Below, one piece after another: positions 60,535 through 64,000 of a DNA stretch of 64,000 bases (positions within the stretch are counted from its first letter, which is position 1; each line of letters begins with the position of its first letter). Source of the DNA: Methanomassiliicoccaceae archaeon (GTDB taxonomy: Archaea > Thermoplasmatota > Thermoplasmata > Methanomassiliicoccales > UBA472); contig CAWBKY010000001.1 in the NCBI GenBank assembly GCA_963789555.1, positions 24,105 through 88,104 on the forward strand, given 5' to 3'. The notes beneath the pieces are model-generated. The model was given only the letters and a program-made list of their open reading frames with translations, did not search any database and was not told the origin of the DNA. Position numbers and translations under genes: made by a program.

Positions 60535-62371
60535 ATGAGGTGGTCAGTTACGGACATTGCGGCTAAGTTGAAGGAGCAAATGCGTCAGGGTGACATAGGC
60601 ACCAACACCGCCTGTGAATATTATCCCTGCCATTTCAAAGGGCAGAACTGCTCCCTTTGCTTCTGCCCCTTCTACCCCTGCCACGACCCGGACTTGGGGA
60701 AGATGGTGCCGTCGAGGAAGGGCGGGGAGGTGTGGAGCTGTGAATCATGCCTGTGGTCTCACCGGGATGACGTGGTGCGGTCTTTCTTCAGGGAGCTACC
60801 GCCCGGGTCCCAACTTCCCGATCCAGCCAAGCTCGGAGCTCTCAAATCGAGGCTGGAGCAGACCCACTTGAAAAAGGCCCGAAGCATCATGATCATGGGA
60901 GCGACCTCTGGGGCGGGAAAGTCATTGATGGTGACCGCACTGTGCCGATACTTCTCCGACCTAGGTCTAAACGTGGTGCCGTTCAAGGCGCAGAACATGT
61001 CCTTGAACTCGATGGTGACCCCTGAAGGGGAGGAGATCGCTCGGGCGCAGGAGCTACAGGCCCGGGCAGCCCGGGTCAGCCCCGACTCGCACATGAACCC
61101 GATACTTCTCAAGCCCATGCGGGATAACAAGTCCCAGGTCATCGTGGAGGGCCGTCCCCATCGGGACATGGATGTGGAGACATATTACCACCATTTCGCC
61201 GGGACCGAAGGAGTGGCGATAATCAAACGAAACCTGGACTTCCTGGAGAGGACCCGGGACATCATCGTCATCGAAGGCGCGGGCAGTCCAGCAGAGATTA
61301 ACATGATGGACCTGGACATTGCGAACATGCGGACAGCCGAGCTCGCCAACGCACTTTGTCTCCTTGTGGTCAACATCGAGTGGGGTGGCGCCTTCGCCTA
61401 TGCCTATGGCACATTGATGCTCCTGCCCGAGGCGCAGCGCAAGATGTTCAAAGGGACGATAATCACCAACCTCTATGGGTCAAAGACCGGGCTCGAGCCA
61501 GGGATAGAGCTGCTGGAGCGAACCACCGGTGTCAAAGTGATGGGGGTGGTGCCACACATCGACCTGGACCTTCCCGATGAGGACTCGATGTTCATTGGCG
61601 CGCGGGGATCGCAGGGCGGAACGGTGGATGTCGCCGTGGTCCGATTCCCTCGGATCTCCAACTTCACCGACTTTGATGCCTTGGCGATGGAGGAAGGCGT
61701 CCATGTCCGCTATGTCGATTCCCCCATGGAGATCGCAGGAGCGGACGTCATCATACTTCCTGGCACCAAGAACACCGTCGAGGACCTCAGATGGATGCGG
61801 GAGAAAGGATTGGACAAGGCGGTCCAGGCAGCGGCAGGCAAGGTGCCGATATTGGGCGTGTGCGGGGGATACCAGATGCTAGGGCTGGAGATCGACGATA
61901 GCCAAGCCATCGAGGGTGGGGAGTCGCAAGTGCTCCAAGGTCTCGGCTTGCTCCCAGTGGTAACCCGCTTCGAGAGATATGAGAAACGAACGGTCCAGGT
62001 CACCGGGCACATGCTGGATGGGTCTGAGGCAGACCAGGTCCGGGGTTACGAGATACACATGGGCCGGAGCGAAAGGTTGGGTGGCCAAGCCCTATTCCGG
62101 ATAAATGATGGTGAGGGGGAACATTTGGATGGAACCGTGTCCGAGGACGGTATGGTCATGGGCACTTACCTTCATGGTGTGTTCGACCTGCCAGCCTTCC
62201 GAAAACGTTTCCTTTCCAAGGCAGGGCGAGGGGGTGGGACGAAATGCTCCGACGAGGATTACGAAACGGTGGTGCAACGCAACCTCGACCTCCTTTCCGA
62301 GGTCGTCAGCGCTAATCTGGACATGAGACTGGTTGCACGCCCTCCTCGGTCTACCGGGGGCGGGCAGATGA
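60535..62371 (+). CDS. cobQ: cobyric acid synthase CobQ with N-terminal cysteine-rich small domain; 3' end inferred (read-through into the next gene as sequenced)
   Basis: CEYYPCHFKGQNCSLCFCPFYPCHD...CESC (cysteine-rich small domain), MGATSGAGKSL (P-loop), IEGAGSPAEIN, and a GATase-1 domain with GVCGGYQMLG (Cys) and YLHGVF (His). The stop TGA 62369-62371 appears if one G is removed from GGGGG 62356-62360. Confidence 0.8.
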
Positions 62372-63217
62372 CGCGCAACATCATGTTCCAGGCAGCCACC
62401 TCCAGCGCAGGGAAGAGCACACTGACGGCGCTCCTGTGCCGGGAGCTGTTCTTGAAAGGCATCAAGGTGGCGCCGTTCAAGGCGCAGAACCTCTCCTTGA
62501 ATTCGTTCGTCACCAAGGAAGGGGGCGAGATCGGCATCTCCCAAGCGTATCAGGCATGGGCCTGCGGGGTGGAGCCCCGAAACGACATGAACCCCATCCT
62601 TCTCAAGCCAAAAGGCAATGGCATGCAGATTGTTTTGGACGGAAGGCCGTACCAGGACATCGACCGACATTCCCATGTGGACCGAGAGGAGCTGCTCGCC
62701 CACATCCGCGACGCATATCTGAGGTTGTGCGAGGACTTCGATGCGATAGTCATCGAGGGATCGGGTTCGCCGGCGGAGGTCAACCTCCGCGACAAGGACG
62801 TGGCGAACATGGCCACGGCGAGGATGCTGAAAGCCCCGGTGGTCCTCATCGGCGACATTGACAAGGGAGGGGTGTTCGCGGGCCTCTACGGGACCTACCA
62901 TCTTCTGGAGGAAAAGGACCGGGGTCTGGTCAAAGGCTTCCTCATCAACAAGTTCCGAGGGCGAGGAGGGCATCCTGCAGAGTGGCATCCAACGGTTGGA
63001 GCTGGAGATGCGATGCCATTGCCTGGGGGTTCTTCCGTACCATCGCTTCCAGGCCCCGGCGGAGGACAGCATGGAGCTCGGGCTCCAAGCCACAGGGGAG
63101 GGGGGAGATGGAGACGTAAGGGAGATGTGGAGAAAAGGTCTCGAGGACCTCTCCCGGGTGGTGGTCCCCCATTTGGACATGGTGAGGGTCGAACGCATCA
63201 TGCAGAACGGTGTCTAG
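62368..63217 (+). pseudogene. CobQ-like ATPase-domain-only paralog (no glutamine amidotransferase domain); one frameshift
   Basis: MTRNIMFQAATSSAGKSTLTALL..., IEGSGSPAEVN, VLIGDIDKGGVFA, LINKFRG / ..EGILQSGIQRLELEMRCHCLGVLPY...RIMQNGV*. Shift at GGG 62959-62961. Confidence 0.7.
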
Positions 63218-63219
63218 GG

Positions 63220-63420
63220 TCAACCACCCGATGCCACCTTGATGATGCGCAGCTCGTCGCCATCGTGAGGGCGGTCGCTCAAAGGCACCGGGGTCTTCCC
63301 CCTGAGGACGATGTGGGCATCAGGATAGAGGTCCAACTTGCCCAGCAGGTCCTCGATGGTCGCATCATCGTCTAGATCAAGCACTTCCGACCGCTTGTTC
63401 AGGACGACCGTAACCTTCAT
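63220..63420 (-). CDS. ThiS/MoaD/SAMP-type ubiquitin-like beta-grasp protein ending in Gly-Gly
   Basis: MKVTVVLNKRSEVLDLDDDATIEDLL...GDELRIIKVASGG* has the small size, beta-grasp pattern and C-terminal diglycine. Confidence 0.7.
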   Translation of the reverse strand: MKVTVVLNKRSEVLDLDDDATIEDLLGKLDLYPDAHIVLRGKTPVPLSDRPHDGDELRIIKVASGG

Positions 63421-63528
63421 TTCGAGCACCGTCCCTTGTGAGGCAACCCAGCGATAAATACCTTTTTGGCGACAATCGTTACAAATGGCTCAAAATAGAA
63501 ATAGAGGTAAGTTATGAGTAGGGGCCAG

Positions 63529-63635
63529 GCCGAGGTAGCCCAGCCCGGTAGGGCGGTAGTCTCGAATCGCCGTTCTCGGCGATGGGATAACTACTGGGAG
63601 TTCATCCCTCGGGAGTTCAAATCTCTCCCTCGGCG
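63529..63635 (+). tRNA. tRNA-Ser (CGA), class II, with 22-nt intron (63567-63588); no encoded CCA
   Basis: Hand fold: acceptor GCCGAGG/CCTCGGC; D arm GCCC-AGCCCGGTA-GGGC; anticodon stem GTAGT/ACTAC; loop CU-CGA-A[intron]A; long variable arm TGGGAGTTCATCCCTC; T arm GGGAG-TTCAAAT-CTCTC; discriminator G73; followed by CTTTTT. The intron contains the hairpin CGCCG-TTCT-CGGCG and a BHB-like junction. Confidence 0.85.
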
Positions 63636-63640
63636 CTTTT

Positions 63641-63997
63641 TCATCTCAATGGTTTTTCGAGACTCTGATAATATCTTGGACCCAGGATCCTGTCCTGCAA
63701 CCTCGTGGCCAGCTCCTCGGTGGTGGCATAGAAGTCCGGAGGGAAGTTCTTCAAGATGTAGTCCTCATACTGCTTGTACACAAAGGCGTCCGCCTCCTCG
63801 CCAAGATGCTCCTCCATGAAGGGGAACACCGTCTCCTCCTCACGGTTGACATGGGCTTGCATGGTGCGGACCATCATTTCCGCGTCACGGTAGAACGACT
63901 CCATGTCCTCACGCCGCACCTCCGCGACGATTTCCTTGGCCAGCAATCGGACTGCAGCGTGGTCTGCCACCAGCTCGTCCATGTCCTGCTGTTTCAT
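63641..63997 (-). CDS. hemerythrin-like (HHE cation-binding) domain protein; N-terminus may lie beyond the window
   Basis: ..HAAVRLLAKEI.. and ..HVNREEETVFPFMEEHL.. resemble hemerythrin HHE repeats. The frame is still open at nt 64000. Confidence 0.45.
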   Translation of the reverse strand: MKQQDMDELVADHAAVRLLAKEIVAEVRREDMESFYRDAEMMVRTMQAHVNREEETVFPFMEEHLGEEADAFVYKQYEDYILKNFPPDFYATTEELATRLQDRILGPRYYQSLEKPLR

Positions 63998-64000
63998 CGC

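Noticed and set aside
62092-63201. 369-aa minus-strand ORF
   Set aside because: It is antisense to the CobQ-like paralog and has no family resemblance.
1-64000. Split ORFs explained by amber/pyrrolysine or other stop-codon recoding, or by programmed ribosomal frameshifting
   Set aside because: The fragments of each gene lie in different frames and are not separated by an in-frame stop. The shifts go in both directions and no common slippery heptamer was noticed at the junctions examined. There are far too many for programmed events.

Overview
GC-rich (about 60% by eye, not computed), gene-dense chromosomal segment of a euryarchaeon. The gene content fits a methanogen or Thermoplasmata-like (Methanomassiliicoccales-like) lineage, but I cannot assign a species. 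Archaeal hallmarks: DnaG-type primase, bifunctional FBP aldolase/phosphatase, short archaeal TIM, archaeal-type GluRS and AspRS, Trm1, an MvhA-like [NiFe] hydrogenase with its maturation protease, a corrinoid protein with a URO-D-family methyltransferase, and two tRNAs with bulge-helix-bulge introns. I reconstruct about 75 genes, mostly housekeeping: pyrD/pyrK, purA, nadA, cysK/cysE/cysS, gltX, aspS, fbp, tpiA, cobQ, feoAB with a DtxR-like repressor, two cysteine desulfurases, sod, and PiT/DUF47. There are also a few accessory-looking loci: a pilin-like triplet, an HEPN-like gene, a RusA locus, an FTR/Grx/Rieske operon, an LTD-PLD-PKD surface enzyme, and a protease-less LonB-like ATPase. The dominant feature is that more than half of the genes are interrupted by single-base frameshifts. 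My hand count is roughly 70-80, about one per kb (approximate). Wherever I could pin the position, most sit in short G/C (occasionally A) runs. Essential single-copy genes (gltX, cysS, purA) are hit, so I read these as sequencing or assembly indels, not biology. In the feature list, 'pseudogene' only means 'reading frame disrupted in this sequence'. Coordinates of interrupted genes are reconstructions across frames, and shift positions are approximate (+/- 15 nt) unless a specific run is named. No CRISPR array, rRNA or IS element was seen.
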